Positions 9,689 to 18,716 of a stretch of 64,000 nt of DNA are shown one piece after another. Made by a program: the position numbers and the translations under genes. This stretch comes from Gammaproteobacteria bacterium. GTDB lineage: Bacteria; Pseudomonadota; Gammaproteobacteria; Steroidobacterales; Rariloculaceae. How positions within the stretch are numbered: position 1 is the first letter of the stretch; each line of letters opens with the position of its first letter. The stretch covers positions 47,128 to 111,127 of the forward strand of contig JAJEGN010000004.1 of assembly GCA_022819855.1 (NCBI GenBank), in the 5' to 3' direction. Below the pieces are notes generated by a model, which worked only from the letters and a program-made list of their open reading frames with translations, searched no databases and was not told the origin of the DNA.

Positions 9689-9969
9689 GGCTTTCTCACC
9701 TCGTTGACAAGGGTTTTCGGCTGACCGGGAACGATCGCGCGTCCCGGCGGTCCACGAACGACAAGGCGGCGGATTGTACCGCGAAAAGATGCGGCCGCCG
9801 CATTTCGCAGCATGGGGCGCAGATTGTCTGAACCATGTGCCTCGTCATGGTTGCATTTGCCCCACAAGCGGCTCAAATCGTATATCATCGCGCGCTCGTT
9901 TCACGGGGGAAGCACGAAGCAGCCGGACCGCGCGGTAGCGCCGGCCCGCTGCGCGAGACACGTTCTCTC

Positions 9970-12159
9970 ATGACGCATCCACTACCCCTCCCGCAAATCG
10001 CTCTGCTGGTCGCCTGCGCCTCGCTGGGCGCGATGGCGCCGCCGGGCGCATTCGCTCAGCCCGCATCGTTGCCCGGGGAAGTGACGAAGTCCGTCCGCAT
10101 CCAGCGAACGGCCGAGCCCCCGGTGATCGACGGCGTGATGAACGAGGAGATCTGGCTGCGCGCGCCGATCATCGACGACCTGCACCAGGTCAATCCGGTC
10201 GAGTACGGCGAACCCAGCGAGCGCACCGAAGTCCGCGTGCTCTATGGCCGCGACGCGCTCTATGTCGGGGCGCGCCTCTACGACAGCGAGCCCGCGCGGA
10301 TCAATGCCCGCGTCCTGCGTCAGAACCAGCCGATCGGCTCCGACGACCGCTTCTTCGTGCACATCGATCCGTTCAACACGCGCCGCGGCGGTTACGCCTT
10401 CGGAGTCAACGCGAACGGCGTGCGCTACGACGGGATCTACGAGGGTCCGACGGACCGGCAGTTCGACTGGGACGGGATCTGGCAGGCGGCGGCGAGCATC
10501 GACGAGCAGGGCTGGGTCGTCGAGATCGAGATCCCGTTCAAGACCATTTCCTTCGATCCTCGCGCCGATCGATGGTGGATGAACTTCACGCGCAACATCG
10601 AACGCAAGAACGAGAGCATTGCCTGGATGTCGCGCAACCGGCGGACCGACCTGAGTTCCATGGGCGAGATCCGCGGTATTTCGCAGATCGAGCAGGGCCG
10701 GGGGCTCGACATCGTGCCGACCGCGAGCGTGCGCGAGCGCCGCGCCATCGGCGCCATCCCGGCGAACAGCGCCATGGAACCGTCGCTCGACGTCTTCTAC
10801 AAGGTGACGCCGCAGCTCAACGCCTCGCTGACCGTGAACACCGATTTTTCGGCCGTGGACGTCGACAGCCGGCAGGTCAATCTGACGCGGTTCAGCCTGT
10901 TCTTTCCCGAGCAGCGCGACTTCTTTCTGCAGGATGTCGACATCTTCCAGTTCGGGCGTCTCGAACAGGACGGCAGGCCGTTCTTTTCGCGCCGGCTCGG
11001 TATCAGCCGGACCGGTCAGGAGGTGCCGCTCGATTTCGGCGGCAAGCTGTCCGGCCGGGTCGGGCGCTTCGATGTCGGGGCGCTTGCGGTGCGGCAGGAA
11101 GCCTACGGGGACGTTGACGCCACGACGGCGTTCGTCGGACGGGTCGCCGCGAACGTTCTCGAGGAATCGAGCGTCGGCATGATCGTGACCCAGGGCGATC
11201 CGCGCTCGAACCTCGACAACACCGTGGGCGGCGTCGACTTCCGCTATCTGAACAGCCGCTTCGCCGGCGGCCGCGGCCTTGAAGGCGTTGCCTGGTTCCA
11301 GCAGTCCGATTCCGAGGCGCTTGACGGCGACGACACGGCGCTCGGGTTCCGCGTAAACGTGCCGAGCAATACGGGGCTGCGCGGCGGCTTCGGCATGACG
11401 CGAATCGAGGAGAACTACAACCCGGCGCTGGGCTTCGTACGCCGCACCGGCATCGAGCAGATCCGGTTCAATGTCGGCCATACCTGGCGCCCAGGCAGCG
11501 GTCCGGTCAGGACATTGTTCTCCGGCATCGACTACGACCGCATCGACTATCTGGACACCGGGGAGATCCAGAGCGAAGGGCTCAGGTTCCGGGCCGTCGA
11601 CCTCAATCTGAACTCGCAGGATTCCTTCGGCCTGAGCTGGTCGCGCGACCGGGAAGGCCTGCGCAGGCCGTTTCGGATCTCGGGCGGCATCGTCATCGAG
11701 CCGGGGCTCTACACCTTCGACACGATCGATCTCTCGTTCCGTGCGGGCAACCAGCGCGCGGCCGGCGGCGGCGTGTTCCTGAACAGCGGGAATTTCTACG
11801 ACGGCGAACGGATCGGCACCGGCACGTTCTTCAACTGGCGGCCAAGCCGGCATTTCCGGACGAACGTGAGCTATCAATACAACGAGATCGACCTGCGCGG
11901 CGGCAGCTTCGTGACGCGCATCGCGAGGGTCACTCTCGAGGCCGTGTTCTCGTCGACCCTGTCGTGGATCAACCTGATTCAGTACGACAACGTGTCCGAG
12001 ACCATCGGCATCAACAGCCGGCTGCACTGGATTCCGCGGGCCGGCCGGGAGGCGTTTCTGGTCCTGAACCACAACCTCGCCGACCCGGAACGCGACAACA
12101 GTTTCGTTTCGAGCTTTTCTGAACTGACGCTCAAGTACAGCTACACTTTCCGTTTCTAG
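9970..12159 (+). CDS. CBM9-like / DUF5916 outer-membrane protein
   Basis: PVIDG..E..W, TEVRVLY, WVVEIEIPF, LTVNTDFSAVDVD, FPEQRDFF, PFFSRRLG, C-terminal KYSYTFRF beta-signal. Confidence 0.85.
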   Translation: MTHPLPLPQIALLVACASLGAMAPPGAFAQPASLPGEVTKSVRIQRTAEPPVIDGVMNEEIWLRAPIIDDLHQVNPVEYGEPSERTEVRVLYGRDALYVGARLYDSEPARINARVLRQNQPIGSDDRFFVHIDPFNTRRGGYAFGVNANGVRYDGIYEGPTDRQFDWDGIWQAAASIDEQGWVVEIEIPFKTISFDPRADRWWMNFTRNIERKNESIAWMSRNRRTDLSSMGEIRGISQIEQGRGLDIVPTASVRERRAIGAIPANSAMEPSLDVFYKVTPQLNASLTVNTDFSAVDVDSRQVNLTRFSLFFPEQRDFFLQDVDIFQFGRLEQDGRPFFSRRLGISRTGQEVPLDFGGKLSGRVGRFDVGALAVRQEAYGDVDATTAFVGRVAANVLEESSVGMIVTQGDPRSNLDNTVGGVDFRYLNSRFAGGRGLEGVAWFQQSDSEALDGDDTALGFRVNVPSNTGLRGGFGMTRIEENYNPALGFVRRTGIEQIRFNVGHTWRPGSGPVRTLFSGIDYDRIDYLDTGEIQSEGLRFRAVDLNLNSQDSFGLSWSRDREGLRRPFRISGGIVIEPGLYTFDTIDLSFRAGNQRAAGGGVFLNSGNFYDGERIGTGTFFNWRPSRHFRTNVSYQYNEIDLRGGSFVTRIARVTLEAVFSSTLSWINLIQYDNVSETIGINSRLHWIPRAGREAFLVLNHNLADPERDNSFVSSFSELTLKYSYTFRF

Positions 12160-12202
12160 CCGGCGCCCTGGCGCCGTGCCGGACGATGATGGGAGAACCG
12201 AT

Positions 12203-13129
12203 ATGAGGACCCCGAAGACCCTGACGATACTCGTGGCGCTGGCGGCGCTGGCGCCGCTGCCGACTGCGGTCGCCCAGCCGCAGGACATCGATAACGCCAC
12301 GGTCTACGCCCTGGCCAACCAGCTCGCCGACGAGCTCGAACTCGTTCGCGAGCGCATGGGCGCGCCCTACGACGACAGTCCCCGCCTGCCCGTATCGGCG
12401 GTTACCCAGAACGAACTGTACTTCCAGGTCCAGTTGCTGCTGCGCAAGACCAACCAGCTCGCCGGGGAGCTCGCGGGCGCCTCGCCCAGGCCGCCGGGAC
12501 TCGTGCCCTCCGGCGACATCCAGCCGGGCGACGTCTACGCGCTGATCGAGGACGCGCTGCAGCAGATCGGGCATGTCGCCGATGCGATCGGCATCGCCGA
12601 GCAGGTCGACATCGTGCCGCGCGGCGCGCCCTTGTCCCCGACGGGCGTGTTTCTCGTCGTCATCGACATCAACCGCCAGCTCAACCAGATGCTTGGCGTA
12701 CCGATCAGCGATGCGGACGTCTTCGACGAAATCTCGACCTCGATCGCCTATGCGGCTTCGCTGCTTTCCATGCAATCGGGCGCCGTGGCGGTTCCGGCGC
12801 CACCGCCGTTCGACGGCTACAGGCGTCCGGCCGATGTCTACCGCCGGCTGACGGAATGCATGGACGTCATGATCCGCGTGGCCGAGCGGGCGGGCCTGGA
12901 GGTGGCCGGTCTCAGCACGCGCCGCAACATCCCCGACGACATCACGCCCGGCCACATCATCGATGTCGCGAGCCTGCTCACCGCGGACCTCGCAGCGCTC
13001 GCCGAGCTCATGAACGCGCCGCTCGTGCGGCCGGAGCTGCCGGCGCCCAAGCACATCTTCGCGACGGAGGTCTATACCCAGACCGGGATCCTGTTGCGGC
13101 AACTGGAGGAGCTCGAGCGGCGCCTGTAG
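12203..13129 (+). CDS. Secreted hypothetical alpha-helical repeat protein
   Basis: Signal peptide; recurring P/D-x-D-V-[YF] helix starts (IQPGDVY, SDADVF, RPADVY, FATEVY). Confidence 0.75.
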   Translation: MRTPKTLTILVALAALAPLPTAVAQPQDIDNATVYALANQLADELELVRERMGAPYDDSPRLPVSAVTQNELYFQVQLLLRKTNQLAGELAGASPRPPGLVPSGDIQPGDVYALIEDALQQIGHVADAIGIAEQVDIVPRGAPLSPTGVFLVVIDINRQLNQMLGVPISDADVFDEISTSIAYAASLLSMQSGAVAVPAPPPFDGYRRPADVYRRLTECMDVMIRVAERAGLEVAGLSTRRNIPDDITPGHIIDVASLLTADLAALAELMNAPLVRPELPAPKHIFATEVYTQTGILLRQLEELERRL

Positions 13130-13165
13130 CGTGCGGGGCCGGCCGGCCGCGTCTACAATGCCCGC

Positions 13166-13519
13166 ATGCAGGACAACGACGCCATGCTCGTCGCGTTCGG
13201 CGAATTCGTTCGCGCGCAGCGAAAGCTCGCCCAGGTCTCCCAGCGGCACCTGGCGAAGGCGGCGGGCGTCTCCGATTCCTATCTGAGCCAGCTCGAGCGC
13301 GGCCACTACCGGCCGTCCGCCCAGGTCGTCAAGGCGCTCGCACAGGCATTCGGCATGAAGCCCGAACAGCTCTACACGATGCTCGGTTTCTTCGATGCGG
13401 ATGATTCGGGCGACGAGGTCTCGGTCGAACAGGCGATCCGGCTCGACGAGCGGCTTGCACCGGAGCAGAAGGACACGCTGATCCGGGTTTATCGCTCCCT
13501 GATCGGCGAAGACCTGTAG
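13166..13519 (+). CDS. XRE-family HTH regulator (resembles mycobacterial Rv0474 type)
   Basis: GEFVRAQR..SQRHLAKAAGVSDSYLSQLERG..RPS, with C-terminal VEQAIRLD..L...QK..LI.VY.S. Confidence 0.88.
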   Translation: MQDNDAMLVAFGEFVRAQRKLAQVSQRHLAKAAGVSDSYLSQLERGHYRPSAQVVKALAQAFGMKPEQLYTMLGFFDADDSGDEVSVEQAIRLDERLAPEQKDTLIRVYRSLIGEDL

Positions 13520-13548
13520 CAGTATTGAATTTCCGTGACGGTTACGAA

Positions 13549-13584
13549 ATTGCGTTGACAGCGCAATCGCCGTTGCGCCATGAT
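13549..13584 (+). promoter_or_regulatory. Putative sigma70 promoter with palindrome over -35, upstream of the acyl-CoA ligase
   Basis: TTGACA (13555-13560), 18 nt spacer, CATGAT (13579-13584); ATTGCG-N7-CGCAAT inverted repeat at 13549-13567. Confidence 0.5.
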
Positions 13585-13748
13585 CGCGCCGCCCCGACAG
13601 CGGCGCCATGACCCGACCATCGAGAATCTGGCCAGACCGGGCGGCTGCGCGGGACCAGGCGTAGTTTCCATCGCCGAACGCAGCGGCGCCTCGGCCGGTC
13701 ACCTCCGGCACGCCACAAGACGTCCTTAACCGAAGCGAGTAGACGCTC

Positions 13749-16493
13749 ATGGACAAGCCTGTTCAACCCTGGCTCGAACTCTACGGGTCCATGCCCGCAA
13801 CGATTGAACCGGCAAGCCGGACGGCGCTCGCGATGTTCCGCGCGACGGCCGCGCGCGACCCCGGCGCGCCGCTCGCCTGGTACTTCGATCAAACGATTTC
13901 GGCAGGCGAGTTCGACGCGATGTCCGATGCGCTCGCCGTCGCACTGCAGGCGGGCCGGGTGGAGCCCGGAGACCGCATTGCGATGTACCTGCAGAACGTC
14001 CCGCAGGTGCTGATCGCCGTGCTCGCCGCGTGGAAGTGCGGCGCCGTCATCGTGCCCTGCAACCCCATGCTGCGCGAAGCGGAACTTGCCAAGGTGCTCG
14101 CCGGGTCCGGCAGCCGCGTGCTGATCTGTCAGGAGGACCTCTACGCCGACGTCGCCCAGGCGGCGTTGCCGCAGACGGCGGTCGAACTTGCGGTGACGAC
14201 CTCGGCGCTCGATTTCCTGCCGGACGATCAGCCCCTGCCGAAGATGCTCGCCGGCATCACGCGGCAGCGCAGCGTGAAGGCGCCCGACATGCTCCAACTC
14301 ATCGACCGGCATCGCGGCGAAGCGCCCGAACCGGTCGCGATCAGCGGCGAGGACGTCGCATTCATGGTCTATACCTCGGGGACCACGGGCGATCCCAAGG
14401 GCGCGATGAACCTGCACCGCAACGTCGTCTTTGCGACGACGGTGTACGAGCGCTGGATCGGCCTGTCCGTCGAAGACCGGATTCTCGGTCTGGCGCCGCT
14501 CTTCCACGTGACGGGGCTGATCGGTCACGTCACGCTCGCGATGCTGACCGGCGCGCCGCTCATACTCTTCTACCGTTTCGATGCCGACGAGGCGATGCGC
14601 CTGGCGGCGAGCCACGGGGCGACCTTCTGCGTATCGGCCATTACGGCGTTCATCGCGCTTCTCAACAGCGGCGCGCTCGACAAGTACGACGTGAGCTCAT
14701 TGACCAAGCTCTATACGGGCGGCGCGCCGACGCCGCCGAGCGTTCTCGCCGAGTGGCGCGAACGCACCGGCGTCAGGATCCACCCGATGTACGGCCTGAC
14801 CGAGGCGACCTCGCCGACGCACATGACGCCGCACGACGCCGAGCCGCCCGTCGATTCGCATACGGGAGCCCTGACGATCGGCGTGCCCGTGTTCGACACG
14901 AAGGTCAAGGTGATCACGGATGCCGGCTACGAGGCCGAGCCCGGCGAAATCGGCGAGTTCGTGATCGCAGGTCCCCAGATCGTGCCGGGCTACTGGCAGA
15001 AACCCGGGGAAACCGAGCGCGCCATCGGGCCGGACGGCCTGCGCACGGGCGATGTCGGCTTCATGGACGAGAAGGGCTGGTTCTACCTCGTCGACCGGTC
15101 CAAGGACATGATCGTCGCGTCAGGCTTCAAGGTCTGGCCGAAGGAAGTCGAGGACGTTCTGTATGAGCACTCGGCCGTGCGCGAGGCGGCCGTCGTCGGC
15201 ATCCCCGACCCTTACCGCGGCGAGACCATCAAGGCGGTGATCAGCGTGAAGCCCGGACGCGAGGTCGGCGTCGACGAGATACGGGCTTTCGCTCGCGAAC
15301 GCCTCGCGGCCTACAAATACCCGCGATTCGTCGAGATTCTCGACGAGCTGCCGAAGACGACGAGCGGCAAGATCATGCGGCGGCTGCTGCAGCCGACGTC
15401 CACCGGCGCGGCATTGCCGATGGAGGCCGCGGAGTCCGAGTTCGCCACGGTGTCCTATCCGCAGTTGCGTGCGGCGGTGGAAGCGCGCGCGGTGCTCGAG
15501 GCCGGCGCGACCTGGCTGCGCCTGAGTCGCGGGTCGGTGTCGATGTCGACTGCCGAAACGCTCTACGAGCGGCTGCACGCGATGGTCGCGCTGCTCGGCG
15601 AGGACGGGACGTTCATCGACAAGGAAGCGTTCTTCGATGCCAACAAGGCCTATCACGCGGCCGTGATCGGGATCGCCGAGAACGAGCATCTCTCCGCCGG
15701 CTTCGAAACGCTCAAGCTCCGGCAGCTTTACCGTACGGCGCTCGAGGAAGAGTCCGTTGCCGCGGAGAACGTCATCTACTTTCACGAGTACCTGACCGAT
15801 TCGATCGCGGCCGGTAACGCTGAAGGCGCCATTCAGGCGATCCTGTCCTGGGGCAAGACCTCGGCCTCTCGCGTGCGCAAGGCGCTTCGATACGACGGCG
15901 GAGATACCTCGGTCGTCGACGAGCTGCGCCCCGGCGGTATCGTCGAGGATCTCTCGGCGGCGTTCGCAAAGGAACAGGACAGCCTGGCCGGGGACGTGGA
16001 CGCGCTCGTGCAGGGCCTCGATGCCCGCGCGGCGCTCGAGATCGGCATTACGGAATCGCTCGGCAAGGCGCTCATGGTCGAGGCCGAGCGCGATGCGCTG
16101 CGTGCGCGCCTGCGCGCCTTCACGCCGCTCGTCCGCGGCGCGACCCGCGCGCACGTCGCCCGTTACATCCGTTCCGACGACGCGTTCCACCGCGTGTTCC
16201 TGAGCCTGTTGCGCAATCCCTGCCTCTTCGAGATCTACAACTCCATCGACCTGCCGGAGCTCATGCGCCGCGTGCTCGAGGTCGCGCCGGCTTCGATTCG
16301 GGAAGTCTTCGACGACCACAAGGGGCTCACGCGCGCTTTGCAGAGCGGCGAGACCCACAACGTGAGCGCGGCCATCACCGAACACGTGAACCGGGCCCGC
16401 ACGGCGCTCGCGGAGTTTCTCGCCGAGTCCGAAGGCGGCGACGAACGGCAGGAGTTTGCGGGAACCGACGCGACGGCGCTGCGCCGCGCCTAG
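13749..16493 (+). CDS. Long-chain acyl-CoA ligase (AMP-binding) fused to two FCD (GntR C-terminal) domains
   Basis: YTSGTTGDPKG, YGLTEAT, LRTGDVG, DRSKDMI, LPKTTSGKIMRR; then two EAR..LE...[ND]..[YF]H...N..L...H units. Confidence 0.88.
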   Translation: MDKPVQPWLELYGSMPATIEPASRTALAMFRATAARDPGAPLAWYFDQTISAGEFDAMSDALAVALQAGRVEPGDRIAMYLQNVPQVLIAVLAAWKCGAVIVPCNPMLREAELAKVLAGSGSRVLICQEDLYADVAQAALPQTAVELAVTTSALDFLPDDQPLPKMLAGITRQRSVKAPDMLQLIDRHRGEAPEPVAISGEDVAFMVYTSGTTGDPKGAMNLHRNVVFATTVYERWIGLSVEDRILGLAPLFHVTGLIGHVTLAMLTGAPLILFYRFDADEAMRLAASHGATFCVSAITAFIALLNSGALDKYDVSSLTKLYTGGAPTPPSVLAEWRERTGVRIHPMYGLTEATSPTHMTPHDAEPPVDSHTGALTIGVPVFDTKVKVITDAGYEAEPGEIGEFVIAGPQIVPGYWQKPGETERAIGPDGLRTGDVGFMDEKGWFYLVDRSKDMIVASGFKVWPKEVEDVLYEHSAVREAAVVGIPDPYRGETIKAVISVKPGREVGVDEIRAFARERLAAYKYPRFVEILDELPKTTSGKIMRRLLQPTSTGAALPMEAAESEFATVSYPQLRAAVEARAVLEAGATWLRLSRGSVSMSTAETLYERLHAMVALLGEDGTFIDKEAFFDANKAYHAAVIGIAENEHLSAGFETLKLRQLYRTALEEESVAAENVIYFHEYLTDSIAAGNAEGAIQAILSWGKTSASRVRKALRYDGGDTSVVDELRPGGIVEDLSAAFAKEQDSLAGDVDALVQGLDARAALEIGITESLGKALMVEAERDALRARLRAFTPLVRGATRAHVARYIRSDDAFHRVFLSLLRNPCLFEIYNSIDLPELMRRVLEVAPASIREVFDDHKGLTRALQSGETHNVSAAITEHVNRARTALAEFLAESEGGDERQEFAGTDATALRRA

Positions 16494-16624
16494 CGCACGT
16501 TCGCTCGCAGGCGAGCCGGGCGTCTGCCGTCCTGGCTCGCGAATCGGACCGCGGCCACGACCGCGCAAGCAATTGCGAGACGCCGCAGCGAGACGGGTCT
16601 CGAAAAAAAAGTTGACGGGGACGC

Positions 16625-16659
16625 TTGACATGCAGAGCGAATGCGTAGCAAACTACGCA
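16625..16659 (+). promoter_or_regulatory. Putative promoter and operator upstream of the phasin-like gene
   Basis: TTGACA at 16625-16630; perfect inverted repeat TGCGTAG-CAAA-CTACGCA at 16642-16659. Confidence 0.5.
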
Positions 16660-16739
16660 CGCTTTCGGTTGGGGTGGAAGACCGCCTCGCCAAAGACGAC
16701 TGATCCCTTGCACTTCGTTTGTTTTGAGGAGTAACGACG

Positions 16740-17057
16740 ATGTCAGAATATGCCAAGCTTGCCACCGCGGCCGGCGACCAGTATCTGTCCGCGCTCGCGG
16801 ACGCGCAGGAGACCTTTCTGAAGTCCATTGAGCCGGTCATCGAGACGATGGGCAAGGTCCCTGCGATGCCCGCTCCGGCGTTCGCGATCGACGTCCCGAC
16901 GCCGCAGGAGATCTCCGAGGCGAATTTCGCCTTCGCGAACAAGTGGCTCAAGCAGCAGAAGAAGTTCGCCGACCGGCTGTTCGCGACGCCCGCTCCGACG
17001 TCGACCTCGAGCACGACCTCGAGCACGACGAAGGCGAAGCCGAAGACCCAGTCCTGA
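16740..17057 (+). CDS. Phasin-like / granule-associated small protein
   Basis: GAGGAG RBS; amphipathic helices, PTPQEISEANFAFANKWLKQQKKFA, T/S/K-rich tail; lies just upstream of phaC. Confidence 0.6.
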   Translation: MSEYAKLATAAGDQYLSALADAQETFLKSIEPVIETMGKVPAMPAPAFAIDVPTPQEISEANFAFANKWLKQQKKFADRLFATPAPTSTSSTTSSTTKAKPKTQS

Positions 17058-17081
17058 TCGATTGTTGCAGCTCCCTCTTTC

Positions 17082-17112
17082 GCGGCGCGCTCCGGCGCGC
17101 CGCAGTTTTTTT
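17082..17112 (+). terminator. Rho-independent terminator
   Basis: GCGGCGCGC-TCCG-GCGCGCCGC hairpin followed by AG and T7. Confidence 0.8.
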
Positions 17113-17220
17113 CACCGGACGTCTTTGTCACGGGCTGCCAGATCCACCGCGCTGACGTAAACTGACCGCCGGGCTGCCGTGCGCGGCTCCACGAGCGCGC
17201 AGATCCGAAGGAGCGACAGC

Positions 17221-17622
17221 TTGGCCGAAGAAACCTCCAACCAGGAACCCACGCTCGTCGAGCAATGGCTCGAGGAGCAGCGCGAGTGGCAGAAGACCAC
17301 GCTCGCCTATCTTGATTCGATCGTCAGGGACGAAGAGTTCCTGACCCACCTCGGCAACGCCATGCGCGGTTCGCTGCTCGCCGGCAAGCCGTACCCCACG
17401 CCCGTTCCACCGGCCGCATCGGCGCCCGAGTCGGATTTCGCGGATCGGCTCGACCAGCTTCTGTTCGCCGTGCGCGAACTTCAGGGTCAGGTGGCCGACC
17501 TGCGCATGACGCTCGACGAGATTCGCGCCGGCCAGGACAAGGCCGCTACGGGTGCGGATCCGGCTGCCGGCGCTGCCGACGAGGGCGGCGGGTCGAACGC
17601 CGCGCGGCAGGCAGACCGTTGA
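17221..17622 (+). CDS. Small PhaE/PhaR-like PHA synthase accessory subunit (putative)
   Basis: AAGGAG RBS with TTG start; WLEEQREW..LDSIVRDEEF...LG, then coiled coil RLDQLLFAVRELQGQVADL; stop overlaps phaC start (TTGA). Confidence 0.6.
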   Translation: MAEETSNQEPTLVEQWLEEQREWQKTTLAYLDSIVRDEEFLTHLGNAMRGSLLAGKPYPTPVPPAASAPESDFADRLDQLLFAVRELQGQVADLRMTLDEIRAGQDKAATGADPAAGAADEGGGSNAARQADR

Positions 17623-18716
17623 CCTTCGCAGTCGACGAGCGCGAACTCGAATCGCTGATCGAGGTCTCCAGGCGCAGCCGCGCCAAACTCGAGCGTCTGC
17701 ACGAAGTCCTGACGACTCCCGGCCACTACGGCGCGGGCGCCACTCCGGCGCAAGTCGTCTACTCGGAAAACAAGCTGAGACTCCTGAGACTCGTCGATGA
17801 CGGAGGGCAGCCGCGCAACGGTCCCCCGGTCCTCTTCATCCCGGCGCCCGTCAGCCGTTACTTCATTCTCGATCTCATGCCGGACCGATCGTTTGCAGGC
17901 TACGTCGCCGCGGCCGGTTTCGACGTCTACATCGCCGACTTCGGCGTACCGACGCGCGAGGACCGCTTCTGCGATCTCGCCTACTATGTCGACGGCCTGA
18001 TTCGCCGCTCCGTGCGCACGATCTGCCGGACGAGCGGAGTCGACGAAGTCGGCATCGTCGGCTATTGCCTGGGCGGCACGCTGGCCCTGCTGTACTCGGC
18101 GCTCCATCCGGAAACGGTGGCGCGGCTTGCGCTGCTCACGACGACGGTCGACGGAGACGTGGAGGGTGGCATCGCCTGGGTCGCGCATCGCATGGGGCTT
18201 GAGGGCGAGAGTTACGAGCAGCCCCGGCTCGTGCCGGCCATTGAGGTCAAGAGCTGGTTCGAGATGCTGTCGCCGGGCTCCAACAGCGTGCTCGGACGCG
18301 TGTCGGACCTCTGGGACCGGCTTGACGATCCGCCGGAGCGGCTGCGCGACGTGCGCACGATGGCATCGTGGGTCGACGACGTCGTGCCCGCGCCCGGCCG
18401 ATTGCTTGCCGAGATGTACAGCCAGTTCGGACCCGGCCGCAACGGGCTCATGAAAGGCGAGGCCGCGGTCGGGAACCGCCCGGTCGACATCGGGAACGTG
18501 ACGATGCCCGTGCTGTCGGTGTCCGCGGCGCGCGACACGATATCGCCGCCCGAAGGCGTTGACGCGATCGGTTCAATCGTGCCCCAGGCGGAAATCGTCC
18601 GGCTGCGCGGCGGGCACGTCGGTATCGTCGCGGGACGCGCCGCAGCCGGGCTCTGGCCGCGGGTCGTCGAGTTTCTGGGCAACGGCAAGGACAGCGGGGA
18701 TCGCGCCGATGGCTAG
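17619..18716 (+). CDS. phaC: Class III/IV-type PHA synthase PhaC
   Basis: 365 aa; TPAQVVY, YFILDLMPDRSF, GFDVYIADFG, lipase box GYCLGG (Cys), ARDTI (Asp), GGHVG (His). Confidence 0.8.
   Translation: MTFAVDERELESLIEVSRRSRAKLERLHEVLTTPGHYGAGATPAQVVYSENKLRLLRLVDDGGQPRNGPPVLFIPAPVSRYFILDLMPDRSFAGYVAAAGFDVYIADFGVPTREDRFCDLAYYVDGLIRRSVRTICRTSGVDEVGIVGYCLGGTLALLYSALHPETVARLALLTTTVDGDVEGGIAWVAHRMGLEGESYEQPRLVPAIEVKSWFEMLSPGSNSVLGRVSDLWDRLDDPPERLRDVRTMASWVDDVVPAPGRLLAEMYSQFGPGRNGLMKGEAAVGNRPVDIGNVTMPVLSVSAARDTISPPEGVDAIGSIVPQAEIVRLRGGHVGIVAGRAAAGLWPRVVEFLGNGKDSGDRADG

Noticed and set aside
9982-12300. Very long antisense or alternative-frame ORFs (also 15120..16631, 18448..20385, 20644..23103, 35958..38258, 60132..61982, 62252..63967)
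   Set aside because: They mirror well-supported genes on the other strand, have no motifs, and are expected from stop-codon scarcity in GC-rich DNA.
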